In this document: positions 29,740-38,684 of the stretch, in pieces
Position numbering within the stretch: position 1 is the first letter of the stretch
Layout of the letters: every line of letters starts with the position of its first letter
Source: Bacteroidales bacterium
Lineage (GTDB): Bacteria > Bacteroidota > Bacteroidia > Bacteroidales > UBA10428
Direction: 5' to 3'
NCBI GenBank assembly: GCA_016930375.1
Contig: JAFGGU010000082.1
Location: 38,163-102,162, forward strand
Length of the DNA stretch: 64,000 nt
Made by a program: the position numbers and the translations under genes
Notes under the pieces: generated by a model
Databases searched by the model: none
Told to the model about the DNA's origin: nothing
What the model saw: the letters and a program-made list of their open reading frames with translations, nothing else

Positions 29740-30168
29740 CTAAAAATCAAGAAAATCTTTCCTGATCCTGACATCAAGGTTTACATCTTCAATCACATAG
29801 CACTCTGCATCACAGGCATCCGTCACCTTCAGTATCCTGGGTTTTGAGGCGTCAACCGCATACAGGGTCCTATCCTCTTTTTCGTATTTGGCCATAACGG
29901 AATATTTCCGGTCTGCTTTAACAAATAGGTAATAAGGATTTTCAAACACGGTGTCAATATATTCAACCTGATTTTCTTCGATTTCACCGCGGTAAATGAC
30001 TATGGGAACTTCGGAATAACCGCCACTGAGGGTTACTTCAATAATCAGGTCCACTTCATCGGGCTTGTTTGTGTAACATTCATCACAATTCACATCACCG
30101 GTAAAGATTTTCTCACCGCACGAATAGCACAGTGCCGCCAGAATTACAAGTAAAATTGCAAAACGCAT
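29740..30168 (-). CDS. Hypothetical lipoprotein
   Basis: MRFAILLVILAALCYSCGEK is a lipobox-like signal with Cys. 142 aa, no recognisable domain. Confidence 0.6.
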   Translation of the reverse strand: MRFAILLVILAALCYSCGEKIFTGDVNCDECYTNKPDEVDLIIEVTLSGGYSEVPIVIYRGEIEENQVEYIDTVFENPYYLFVKADRKYSVMAKYEKEDRTLYAVDASKPRILKVTDACDAECYVIEDVNLDVRIRKDFLDF

Positions 30169-30179
30169 ATAATAATAGT

Positions 30180-31559
30180 TTACAACCAGTAAATAGATGG
30201 TGTCCTGAGGGTTCCCCTGTTTCTTTTGAAAAGGAACTCAAGCGAAAAACTAAACCATCCTCTTTTGATATCTGTGAGATGCAGATGCATGAATTCATAA
30301 TCCATTTTCAACCTGATAAACTTGTAATCAATTATCCCCCCGATTTTCGGATTTATAACCAGTCTAACCTCCGGGTTTTTACCGGAACCCCTGTATCCGC
30401 CAAAAGTAAGCACTTCGCTGAAGCCGCCAAAAACACCCGTCCGTACAGCGGCAATTTCAAGCGGCATATAAAATGCCTTTTCAAGGGTCAGGGAGATAAA
30501 ATGCCGTTTTTCCCAGAACTGATAGTACTCCGTTTCCGAAGTCTGTTCGAGAACGCGTATGGCTTTGGCTCGAACGCCGTAACCAATGCCTGTCATCAGG
30601 TTGTATTTGTTGTCACTTAACCCCAGGGAAAAACCCGTATGTACATCATCCGCATTAAACCTGACTTGCGCTCCCATTGTAAATTGATTCAAGTTGGGCT
30701 TAAGAACGGGAGTTGCTTCCTGATTTCTGAGCATCTTCACCAGAGAATCACTTTGGTTCTCAAGGGCAATGGTCAACGGATTCAGTGAGGGGCTGATCCT
30801 GCTGTTCACATCAGCCCCGTATCCGATCAGCAATTTTGCGGCCGCATAATTGTTCAGGGCCACGGCCAGGGATAGCGGCGTGTATCCAGTTGCAGTGGAA
30901 GATTCCAAAGAAGCGCCGTTTAAAATTAACAGATCCATGATATCCGCATTACCGGCCAGTGTGGCATAATGCAGGGGAGTCCATTTGCGCTCATCAGCGG
31001 AATTGATATCGGCTCCGGCCTCGAGCAGCGAAAAAACAATTTCGTATCTTGTAAGCCATGAAGCAAGCATCAGGGCATCCATTCCCTGTTTGTCCCTCCG
31101 ATCAACCGCTGCCCCATAATACAATAACATACCAGGCATATAAAAACTGTCAATGGCAATGGCATGCATCAGGGGAGTAACCTCATCATTGTCAGCCAGG
31201 TCAATATTTGCCCCGTTCCTGATTAAATACTCCGCTGTTTCAATATATCCGCTTCGGATGGCCGAGATGAGAGCAGTATGGCCGTTAACAAAGGGTTTGA
31301 GATCAGGATCGGCCCCATGCTGAATCAACAATTTCACCATTTCGGTATAACCGTTCTGGGCAGCGAACATAAGGGAAGTTACACCCTCGTAAGTGGTCGC
31401 GTTCACGCGAGCTCCCGACCGGATCAGAAGCTTTGCGGCGGCCGTATCCCCCTGATCGGCTGCTACCATTAACTTCGAATCACGGTCATCTTCCTGTGAA
31501 AAAACCTTTACCGGGGATGATAACAGGATTGTCAATCCTATCACATGAAACCATTTCAT
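30180..31559 (-). CDS. Exported ankyrin-repeat protein with a C-terminal beta-barrel-like domain
   Basis: Signal peptide MKWFHVIGLTILLSSPVKVFSQ, then about 8 ankyrin repeats (GxTALMxAAxxGxxxxVxLLLxxGADxN pattern). The last ~170 aa show alternating aromatic/hydrophobic beta-strand patterning. Confidence 0.8.
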   Translation of the reverse strand: MKWFHVIGLTILLSSPVKVFSQEDDRDSKLMVAADQGDTAAAKLLIRSGARVNATTYEGVTSLMFAAQNGYTEMVKLLIQHGADPDLKPFVNGHTALISAIRSGYIETAEYLIRNGANIDLADNDEVTPLMHAIAIDSFYMPGMLLYYGAAVDRRDKQGMDALMLASWLTRYEIVFSLLEAGADINSADERKWTPLHYATLAGNADIMDLLILNGASLESSTATGYTPLSLAVALNNYAAAKLLIGYGADVNSRISPSLNPLTIALENQSDSLVKMLRNQEATPVLKPNLNQFTMGAQVRFNADDVHTGFSLGLSDNKYNLMTGIGYGVRAKAIRVLEQTSETEYYQFWEKRHFISLTLEKAFYMPLEIAAVRTGVFGGFSEVLTFGGYRGSGKNPEVRLVINPKIGGIIDYKFIRLKMDYEFMHLHLTDIKRGWFSFSLEFLFKRNRGTLRTPSIYWL

Positions 31560-31635
31560 TTGCTAAGAGCCGTTGAACTTTAACTGCATAATTAGCGAAT
31601 TTTTGGTATTTTTATATTGATTTTAAATAGATTTT

Positions 31636-33165
31636 ATGAAAGTATTGGAAAATCAACTTATTGTTATTTTTGGCGCCTCAGGAGACCTTACAAAACGTAA
31701 GTTGATTCCTGCGTTGTATCAATTGTACAGGCAGAACCTCCTTCCAAAACACTTTGCCATTCTCGGCATTGGCAGAACCCATTTATCCACTGATCAGTTC
31801 CGGGAAAAACTGCTGGTTGGATTGAATTCCAAACCGGAAGGTGAGTCGGGCATACTCAAAGAATTCAAGCCTTTTGCAAATCTCTTGCATTATCTTCCCG
31901 TAGAAAACTATGATCCGGCCGGATATTCCGGGATCAGTGAAAAGATCTCCGAACTGGAGCATACCTTCCAAACAGGTGGTAACTGTATCTTTTATCTGGC
32001 CACACCGCCTGAGCTGTATAAAGTGATTACCGCGGGCCTTGACATGCATGGTTTGAACAGGCAGGAAAAAGGATGGCGACGGATTATTATTGAAAAACCT
32101 TTCGGGATCAACCTGAGATCCGCACGGAATCTGAATCATCATTTACTGAACTGTTTCACTGAAGAACAGATATACCGCATTGACCATTACCTGGGTAAAG
32201 AAACCGTGCAGAATGTCATGGTCACCAGGTTCTCCAATGGGATTTTCGAACCTCTTTGGAACAGAAACTACGTACATCATGTTGAAATTACATCGGCTGA
32301 AAATATCGGTGTGGAGGGTCGCGGAGGATATTACGATAAAGCGGGAGCGCTTCGTGATATGGTGCAGAACCACCTGCTGCAGCTTGTTACCCTGGTCGCC
32401 ATGGAACCACCTACCATGATTCATTCACTGTCAATCCGCAACGAAGTTCTCAAAGTATTGCAGTCAGTCAGGCCTATCCAGGCCGGGGATATTGAAAAAC
32501 AGGTTATCAGAGGACAATATACCGGATCAACGATAAAGGGCATCAAGCGCAGTTCATACCGCGAAGAACCCGGAGTTTCTGCCGAATCGCGCACCGAAAC
32601 CTATGTGGCCCTTAAACTGTTTATAGATAACTGGCGCTGGGGCGGTGTTCCTTTTTTCATCCGGACCGGAAAATATCTTCCCACCAAGGTTACTGAACTG
32701 GTTGTGCATTTCAAGCCCACCCCGCATCGTTTGTTTTGTTTTGACGAAGGCCGGTTTAATTCCGACAATCAGCTGGTGATCCGTATTCAGCCCGATGAAG
32801 GAATCCTGCTCAAGTTTGGCATGAAAGTGCCGGGAGCTGGTTACAATGTGCAGGACGTGAACATGGACTTCCATTATGCCGATCTGGCCCAAACGGACCT
32901 TCCGGAAGCATACCAGCGTCTTTTATTGGATTGCATGCAGGGGGATGCCACCTTGTTTTCAAGGGGCGATGCCATTGAACAGAGCTGGAAAATCGTAGAT
33001 CCGATCCTGACTGCCTGGGAAAATAATCCCGAAATACCCATATTCGGATATCCTGCCGGTACATGGGGGCCGCAACAAGCAGACAGCCTGATTGATGAAC
33101 GCGACATGACCTGGCGATATCCCTGTAAAAATTTATCCGATGACGGCATATTTTGTGAGCTTTAA
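31636..33165 (+). CDS. zwf: Glucose-6-phosphate 1-dehydrogenase
   Basis: Motifs IFGASGDLTKRKL, EKPFG and RIDHYLGKE. 509 aa. Confidence 0.95.
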   Translation: MKVLENQLIVIFGASGDLTKRKLIPALYQLYRQNLLPKHFAILGIGRTHLSTDQFREKLLVGLNSKPEGESGILKEFKPFANLLHYLPVENYDPAGYSGISEKISELEHTFQTGGNCIFYLATPPELYKVITAGLDMHGLNRQEKGWRRIIIEKPFGINLRSARNLNHHLLNCFTEEQIYRIDHYLGKETVQNVMVTRFSNGIFEPLWNRNYVHHVEITSAENIGVEGRGGYYDKAGALRDMVQNHLLQLVTLVAMEPPTMIHSLSIRNEVLKVLQSVRPIQAGDIEKQVIRGQYTGSTIKGIKRSSYREEPGVSAESRTETYVALKLFIDNWRWGGVPFFIRTGKYLPTKVTELVVHFKPTPHRLFCFDEGRFNSDNQLVIRIQPDEGILLKFGMKVPGAGYNVQDVNMDFHYADLAQTDLPEAYQRLLLDCMQGDATLFSRGDAIEQSWKIVDPILTAWENNPEIPIFGYPAGTWGPQQADSLIDERDMTWRYPCKNLSDDGIFCEL

Positions 33166-33182
33166 ATCAACAAATCCTGATC

Positions 33183-33929
33183 ATGACCCATTGTTATCCA
33201 TCGACCGATGAACTGGTTGAAAATCTCAGCATCGACTTTCTGGATTACATCTCCCAGGGAAATAAATCAGGACGCGTTATCAATATTGCCCTTTCGGGAG
33301 GTAACTCACCCAAAGCTTTTTTTGAACGGATTGCGCTTAACCAGTACAAAGCAAAAACAACGGTTGAATGGCCGAAGGTCCATCTCTTTTGGGTAGATGA
33401 AAGGTGCGTTCCCCCGGATCATGCTGACAGCAATTACGGCATGGCCCTTTCTGCACTTTTGCAAAAAATTGATTTGAAAGAAAGCAGTATCCACCGTATC
33501 AGGGGCGAGAACAATCCGGGTACGGAAGCCCGGCGGTATGGCGAGGAAGTTAAAATGCTTGTTCCCCTGAAAGAGGATATACCGGTATTCGATTTAATTT
33601 TTCTCGGAGTGGGAGATGACGGTCATACAGCATCCATTTTCCCGAACCGGATGGATTTACTCGATGCTGATAAAATCTATGAAACAGCTGCGCATCCTGA
33701 TACCGGCCAAATCAGGATCACGATGACCGGAAAACCTATTTTAAGGGCAAAAAAAATAATCTTCCTGGTTACAGGCCTGTCTAAAAGCACGATTGTAAGA
33801 CAGATCATGAATCGGGAACCTGAATCTTCCCGTTATCCGGCTGCGTATTTTTATCTAAACAGGCATGATGCCGACTGGTACCTGGATTCAGCTGCTGCCA
33901 AATTTCTCAAATCTCCAAAGAAATGGTAA
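33183..33929 (+). CDS. pgl: 6-phosphogluconolactonase
   Basis: Motifs LSGGNSP, WVDERCVP and LGVGDDGHTASIFP. Starts 17 nt after zwf. Confidence 0.9.
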   Translation: MTHCYPSTDELVENLSIDFLDYISQGNKSGRVINIALSGGNSPKAFFERIALNQYKAKTTVEWPKVHLFWVDERCVPPDHADSNYGMALSALLQKIDLKESSIHRIRGENNPGTEARRYGEEVKMLVPLKEDIPVFDLIFLGVGDDGHTASIFPNRMDLLDADKIYETAAHPDTGQIRITMTGKPILRAKKIIFLVTGLSKSTIVRQIMNREPESSRYPAAYFYLNRHDADWYLDSAAAKFLKSPKKW

Positions 33930-35299
33930 ATATTAAGAGAGTCAGAAACCTGAAAAAAGGACGGCCTGGTAACGGTTGGGTATTGTATTGGATGAGCAGG
34001 GATCAGCGCGTGCATGATAACTGGGCTTTGTCCTATGCCATAGAGGTGGCGGAAAATGAGGACCGGCCAATTATGGTGGTCTTTAACCTGGTGGAAAAAT
34101 TCCTCGGTTCTACCTGGAGACAATACGATTTTATGATCAAGGGACTCCGGAAAGTTGAATCGGGATTGGCAGCTCTGAATATACCCTTTATGATTGTCCT
34201 CGGTGATCCGGCAATCAACATCCCCCAGTTCATCAAGCTACATCACATCAGTCGTCTTGTAATTGATTTTGATCCTCTTAAAATCAAACAACAATGGCAA
34301 AAAGAGGTCATCCGGCAAATCGATATTCCAGTGGATGAAGTTGATGCGCATAATATCGTTCCCTGTCGCATCGCATCTGATAAAGAGGAATATGCCGCTT
34401 CAACATTCAGACCTAAAATTACCCGCCTGCTGCCTGAATTCCTCGACGAATTCCCGCCACTGGTGCGGCAACATGAAAGTTTTAATAAACACAGAATAAA
34501 CTGGGAGGTGGTCACCATAACCCTGCAGACAGATCATTCCGTAAGGCCTGTTGAATGGCTTACTCCCGGTGAGAAAGGCGCCAGGGCGGTTTTTGATAAG
34601 TTTCTCGAAAACTCAATGAATGTCTATGCTCATAAAAGGAATGATCCCAATGAAAAGCACGTTTCCGGTTTGTCGCCTTACCTGCATTTCGGCCATATTT
34701 CCGCCCAGCGGATTGCCCTGGATGTTCTCAAGAACCTTCCCCGCAATGAGCATACGGAGGCATTTCTCGAGGAGCTGATCGTACGAAGAGAACTTTCGGA
34801 CAATTTTTGCTTGTATAACCACGGGTACGACAATATCTCCTCGTTCAGGCCATGGGCACTCAAATCGCTCAATGATCACCAGGATGATCAGCGGGATTAT
34901 GTTTATTCTGTCAGGGAATTTGAAAATGCACTTACGCATGATCCGCTATGGAACGCAGCCCAGAAACAAATGGTATATACAGGTACCATGCCGGGTTATT
35001 TGCGCATGTACTGGGCGAAAAAGATCCTGGAATGGTCCGCCAGTCCCGAAGAAGCGTTACATACAGCCATTAAGCTGAATGACAGGTATCAGCTGGATGG
35101 TCGCGACCCGAACGGATATACCGGATGTGCCTGGTCAATCGGGGGAGTGCATGACAGAGCCTGGGGTGAGCGCAAGATATTCGGGAAAATCAGATATATG
35201 AACCGTAAAGGGTGTGACAGGAAGTTTGACACAGAACGGTACATCTCACGCATTAATACGCTGGTGCGGAATCTATCAAAGTCACCTTCTCCACAGTAA
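33923..35299 (+). CDS. phr: Deoxyribodipyrimidine photolyase, class II
   Basis: 458 aa with N-terminal VLYWMSRDQRVHDNWAL and C-terminal FAD-binding block MPGYLRMYWAKKILEW, typical of class II CPD photolyases. The start overlaps the pgl stop by 7 nt. Confidence 0.9.
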   Translation: MVNIKRVRNLKKGRPGNGWVLYWMSRDQRVHDNWALSYAIEVAENEDRPIMVVFNLVEKFLGSTWRQYDFMIKGLRKVESGLAALNIPFMIVLGDPAINIPQFIKLHHISRLVIDFDPLKIKQQWQKEVIRQIDIPVDEVDAHNIVPCRIASDKEEYAASTFRPKITRLLPEFLDEFPPLVRQHESFNKHRINWEVVTITLQTDHSVRPVEWLTPGEKGARAVFDKFLENSMNVYAHKRNDPNEKHVSGLSPYLHFGHISAQRIALDVLKNLPRNEHTEAFLEELIVRRELSDNFCLYNHGYDNISSFRPWALKSLNDHQDDQRDYVYSVREFENALTHDPLWNAAQKQMVYTGTMPGYLRMYWAKKILEWSASPEEALHTAIKLNDRYQLDGRDPNGYTGCAWSIGGVHDRAWGERKIFGKIRYMNRKGCDRKFDTERYISRINTLVRNLSKSPSPQ

Positions 35300-37160
35300 A
35301 GTCATTTTTATACTGTATCAAAACAAAATTGCTGTTCATATAACCTCCCGCCCCTTCCCTGGCAAAGCGGAAACGCGTCATCAATTGGTCCGCGCTGACC
35401 TGATCGAGACATGGCAGAAAGCTTTTGCCGTATTGCCTGAGCGCAGAAAGAAAATAAAGGCCGATATCATATCCCAGCATGCTGTAACTATAACCGAGCG
35501 GAGTTACATCATAAGGTTCATAGCCAAAGACCTCCCGGGATCTTGATAAAAACCTTCTGATCTTCGGATCGTTGTTGTCAATATAAAACGGCGTAATCAG
35601 ATTGACCTGCAAATGGTGAAAATAATTCAGCAGATCAATGGATTTCCAGGTTTGCCATGTGGGCATGCCGTACAATTTGACAGGGTACAGTGAAGAGATG
35701 CTCTGAAGCCTGGTAATAAACTGGGAAACCACAGGTTCATCATCGGAGAAAACCACAATATAATTTTCCAGATCCCTGGACAATACCTTGCCAAGCACTC
35801 TGAATAAACTGTCGTTTAAATTGTAATCCTTAAAAATAAAGGGCTGTGTCATGGAATCCGGTGCCATGCTCTCAAGAATATACTTTTTAAAAATCCAGCT
35901 GTTACTCATGGATGCGCTGTCGGTGCCCCGCACCAATATGAGCTGACCCCGGGCAGAACTTCGTATATATCGGGCCAAAGCCAGACTTTCCGCCTGCCTT
36001 GAAGGAATTACCTGCAGGATATTCGAGTTGCCTGCAACAAGGCGATGACGGGTTGAAAGAGGCGAAACCAGGCTTATCTCCTGGTATCTTGCAAACCGGC
36101 CCGCGATATTCACATCCTCGGTATAAACCGGACCAATGATCAGATCAGGCTGCAGGACTGAAAGTTCCCTCACGATTTTTTTAATTTTCACCGTATCACG
36201 CTCTGTGTCCTTAACATGAAGATTTACAGAGAATCCTGTCTCCCTCAGCGAATCCAGGGCCAGCATAAATCCCTCATAAAACTCGGCAAAAGCACGGCCT
36301 CGCAATCCCTGCTGTCTTACAGCCGGCACATAGGTTCCTTCCTCGACCATGGTATCCGTAGGAAGCGTAATCTCCTCCATGTTGAATTCCGCAAAGAAAG
36401 GCAACATTAGTGCTACGTTATAAACAACCTGTTGATCCAGAGGCTGGCAGGGAAGAGCTATACTGTCCAGTGAATCTGCAACAGCATCAAGATCGGGTTC
36501 AGGTGCCTTTATCCTGGGGATCTTCAAAACCTGGCCTGCCTTCAAGCCTTCCCTCAATTCAGGATTGGCATTTATGATATCCGGAATTTCCACACCATAT
36601 AATAGGGCTATGGAATACAGGGTATCTTTTTCTTTTACGGTGTAATAGAAGAACAGGTCACTGGACCTGGCTTCCTCGGAAATATCAAGCATTTCCTTTT
36701 TCCGGGGTATCCATATGGTCTGATCGTCCCTGATTCCTTCGCGGGCCCAGGGATTATAGTGATAGATCACTTCTTCGGTTACTTTGTACTTTCTTGCAAG
36801 CGAGTATACGGTTTGTCCACGTTTTACAGTATGCGCATAAAAATCTTCGCGGTTTTCAGGATAAACAGCCACTGTTTTGGGTTTCGATTCCGGAATCCTG
36901 ATTGCCAGACCTTCTTTGAGGCTTACAGGATCAATTTCCGGATTTTCTCTGATAACATCTTCCTGGGTTACGCCATAAACCCTGCATATAGAATAGAGGG
37001 TCTGCCCTTTCTGCACGGTATGAATATAATACACCTTCCCGTTGATCATGGTTCTCTCCTGTGAACGAATGACCTCAGTTGGCTGAAACTGCGCTGAGAC
37101 TGGTAGCGATATCAATAGGATCAACTGAATTATCGCTGTCAAACCAATGATTTTTTTCAA
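35253..37160 (-). CDS. LysM-repeat protein fused to a periplasmic-binding-protein-like domain
   Basis: Three LysM repeats (YIHTVQKGQTLYSICRVYGV, YAHTVKRGQTVYSLARKYKV, YYTVKEKDTLYSIALLYGV) followed by a ~400-aa PBP type-1-like region. The track ORF extends to 37241, but its first ~27 codons are the reverse complement of a heptamer repeat. A TTG at 37160 gives a clean signal peptide (M)KKIIGLTAIIQLILLISLPVSAQ. Confidence 0.8.
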   Translation of the reverse strand: MKKIIGLTAIIQLILLISLPVSAQFQPTEVIRSQERTMINGKVYYIHTVQKGQTLYSICRVYGVTQEDVIRENPEIDPVSLKEGLAIRIPESKPKTVAVYPENREDFYAHTVKRGQTVYSLARKYKVTEEVIYHYNPWAREGIRDDQTIWIPRKKEMLDISEEARSSDLFFYYTVKEKDTLYSIALLYGVEIPDIINANPELREGLKAGQVLKIPRIKAPEPDLDAVADSLDSIALPCQPLDQQVVYNVALMLPFFAEFNMEEITLPTDTMVEEGTYVPAVRQQGLRGRAFAEFYEGFMLALDSLRETGFSVNLHVKDTERDTVKIKKIVRELSVLQPDLIIGPVYTEDVNIAGRFARYQEISLVSPLSTRHRLVAGNSNILQVIPSRQAESLALARYIRSSARGQLILVRGTDSASMSNSWIFKKYILESMAPDSMTQPFIFKDYNLNDSLFRVLGKVLSRDLENYIVVFSDDEPVVSQFITRLQSISSLYPVKLYGMPTWQTWKSIDLLNYFHHLQVNLITPFYIDNNDPKIRRFLSRSREVFGYEPYDVTPLGYSYSMLGYDIGLYFLSALRQYGKSFLPCLDQVSADQLMTRFRFAREGAGGYMNSNFVLIQYKNDFTVEKVTLIDSAPAY

Positions 37161-37199
37161 CGGAATGTAATTTACATTGGGCTCAAAAGTAGTAAAAAA

Positions 37200-37233
37200 A
37201 ATAGTAATGAGTAATGAGTGATGAGTGAGGAGC
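37200..37233. repeat. Purine-rich heptanucleotide tandem repeat (AATGAGT/GATGAGT)n
   Basis: aatagt aatgagt aatgagt gatgagt gaggagc, with the same AGT-every-7-nt register as the repeats at 24185 and 40816. Confidence 0.8.
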
Positions 37234-37239
37234 AGGAAC

Positions 37240-37291
37240 ACCCTTCAAGCGGTCTTAAGACCCTTACCCTTCAAGCGGTCTTAAGACCCTT
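37240..37291. repeat. Perfect 26-bp tandem duplication containing a palindrome
   Basis: ACCCTTCAAGCGGTCTTAAGACCCTT occurs twice back to back. Each unit contains the palindrome GGTCTTAAGACC. The following GAAGGGTG (37292-37299) can pair with CACCCTTC (37239-37246). Confidence 0.9.
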
Positions 37292-37371
37292 GAAGGGTGT
37301 GACATTCTGTCATCCAATTTACAATGGTCTGATTTTAGTTAAAGAATTTTTACTAAAAACGTGCATTATGA

Positions 37372-37608
37372 CTAGACTCGCCAAAATACACGACACAGGA
37401 ACTCTCGGACGGTTCTTCTTATAAAGCCGAAGCAGTAGGTGAAGATCCGTCAACAGATATAGCCTTCATCCGGGTTTATGGACACAACTTTGCGCACGCA
37501 AGATTGTATATTCAGCTGAATGAACAGGTCATTGGGAAAACTGTTGAAATGGATATCCTAAAAAAAGGCATTAAAAAGACGGTTAGTGTCATTCTTGGAG
37601 AAGCCTGA
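37372..37608 (+). pseudogene. Relic of an HtrA/DegP-family serine protease gene
   Basis: A start-less 78-codon frame reads ...LSDGSSYKAEAVGEDPSTDIAFIRV... (classic HtrA strand before the catalytic Asp). It then jumps directly to a PDZ-end-like ...GKTVEMDILKKGIKKTVSVILGEA*. The His and Ser catalytic regions are absent. Confidence 0.5.
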
Positions 37609-37623
37609 AAGGCGTTATCAGAA

Positions 37624-38649
37624 TTACTGTTGCTGTGTTCTGCCCTGCCCCTGACGTTCTATCATCCATGCCGGATATTCCGGTATAAGGGCACTTTTTT
37701 CATCCAAGGACTTCATCTCCCCGGGAGAGATATTCAAATCCACGGATGCAATATTATCTAACAGTTGTTCAAGTTTTTTAGCACCGATTATTACACTGGT
37801 AACTCCGGGTTTATTCCGAAGCCAGGCCAGTGCAACCTGTGCAATTGAAACATTGTGGTTGCCGGCTATCCTGCCCATCAGATCAATAATTTCATAGGCT
37901 TTTTCCTTGTTAAGCGGAGGAAAATCGAAAGAATCCCTCCGGCTGTCTCCCGCCTGATTAACTTCCCGAGTAAATTTCCCCGTCAGGAAACCTCCGGCCA
38001 AAGGGCTCCATGGCATTAAGGACATTCCTTCGCTCAATGCCATTGGAACAATTTCTCTTTCCACATCCCTAGTGGCAATGGTATAGTAATTTTGAAGAGC
38101 CACAAATCTGGTCCATCCCATATTATCAGCGATGCTATTGGCCTTGACAACCATCCAGGCCGGATGATTGCTGATGCCAAGATACCTTACCTTACCTGAC
38201 CTCACCACATCTTCGAGTCCACGCATTGTTTCTTCGAGAGGAGTGATCATGTCAACTCCATGTATGTATAACAAGTCAATATGATCCAGTTCAAGCCGCT
38301 TTAAACTGTCACTTACAGCATCAGCGATGTGAAGTCGTGAAAGACCAACCTGATTGACACCCACACCCATCCTGGCCCTGAGTTTGGTGGCAATGAACAC
38401 CAGCTGCCTGTTAATACCAAGATCTTTGAGTGCTTTACCCAACAGGATCTCTGATAAACCCTCAGAATATGCATTCGCGGTATCTATAAAGTTAATACCC
38501 TTATCCATTGCGGCTTTTACAAGATTATTGACTTCCTTCTGGGTCTGTTCACCAATGGCTTTCCAAATACCTTTACCACCGAATGTCATGGTTCCGAGAC
38601 AAAGTTCGGATAACAGAACACCTGTATTTCCAAGCAGATTAAATTTCAT
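37624..38649 (-). CDS. Aldo/keto reductase
   Basis: 341 aa with AKR family motifs (LGTMTFG, GINFIDTANAY, LDHIDLLYIHG, GISN). Confidence 0.9.
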   Translation of the reverse strand: MKFNLLGNTGVLLSELCLGTMTFGGKGIWKAIGEQTQKEVNNLVKAAMDKGINFIDTANAYSEGLSEILLGKALKDLGINRQLVFIATKLRARMGVGVNQVGLSRLHIADAVSDSLKRLELDHIDLLYIHGVDMITPLEETMRGLEDVVRSGKVRYLGISNHPAWMVVKANSIADNMGWTRFVALQNYYTIATRDVEREIVPMALSEGMSLMPWSPLAGGFLTGKFTREVNQAGDSRRDSFDFPPLNKEKAYEIIDLMGRIAGNHNVSIAQVALAWLRNKPGVTSVIIGAKKLEQLLDNIASVDLNISPGEMKSLDEKSALIPEYPAWMIERQGQGRTQQQ

Positions 38650-38684
38650 GACACTTCATGTATTACAATAGAGTGTAAAACAAA

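Noticed and set aside
37218-37424. 68-aa plus-strand ORF starting in the heptamer repeat
   Set aside because: It begins inside repeat DNA, crosses the 26-bp duplication and has no protein-like features. The adjacent frame containing the htrA relic explains the downstream part better.
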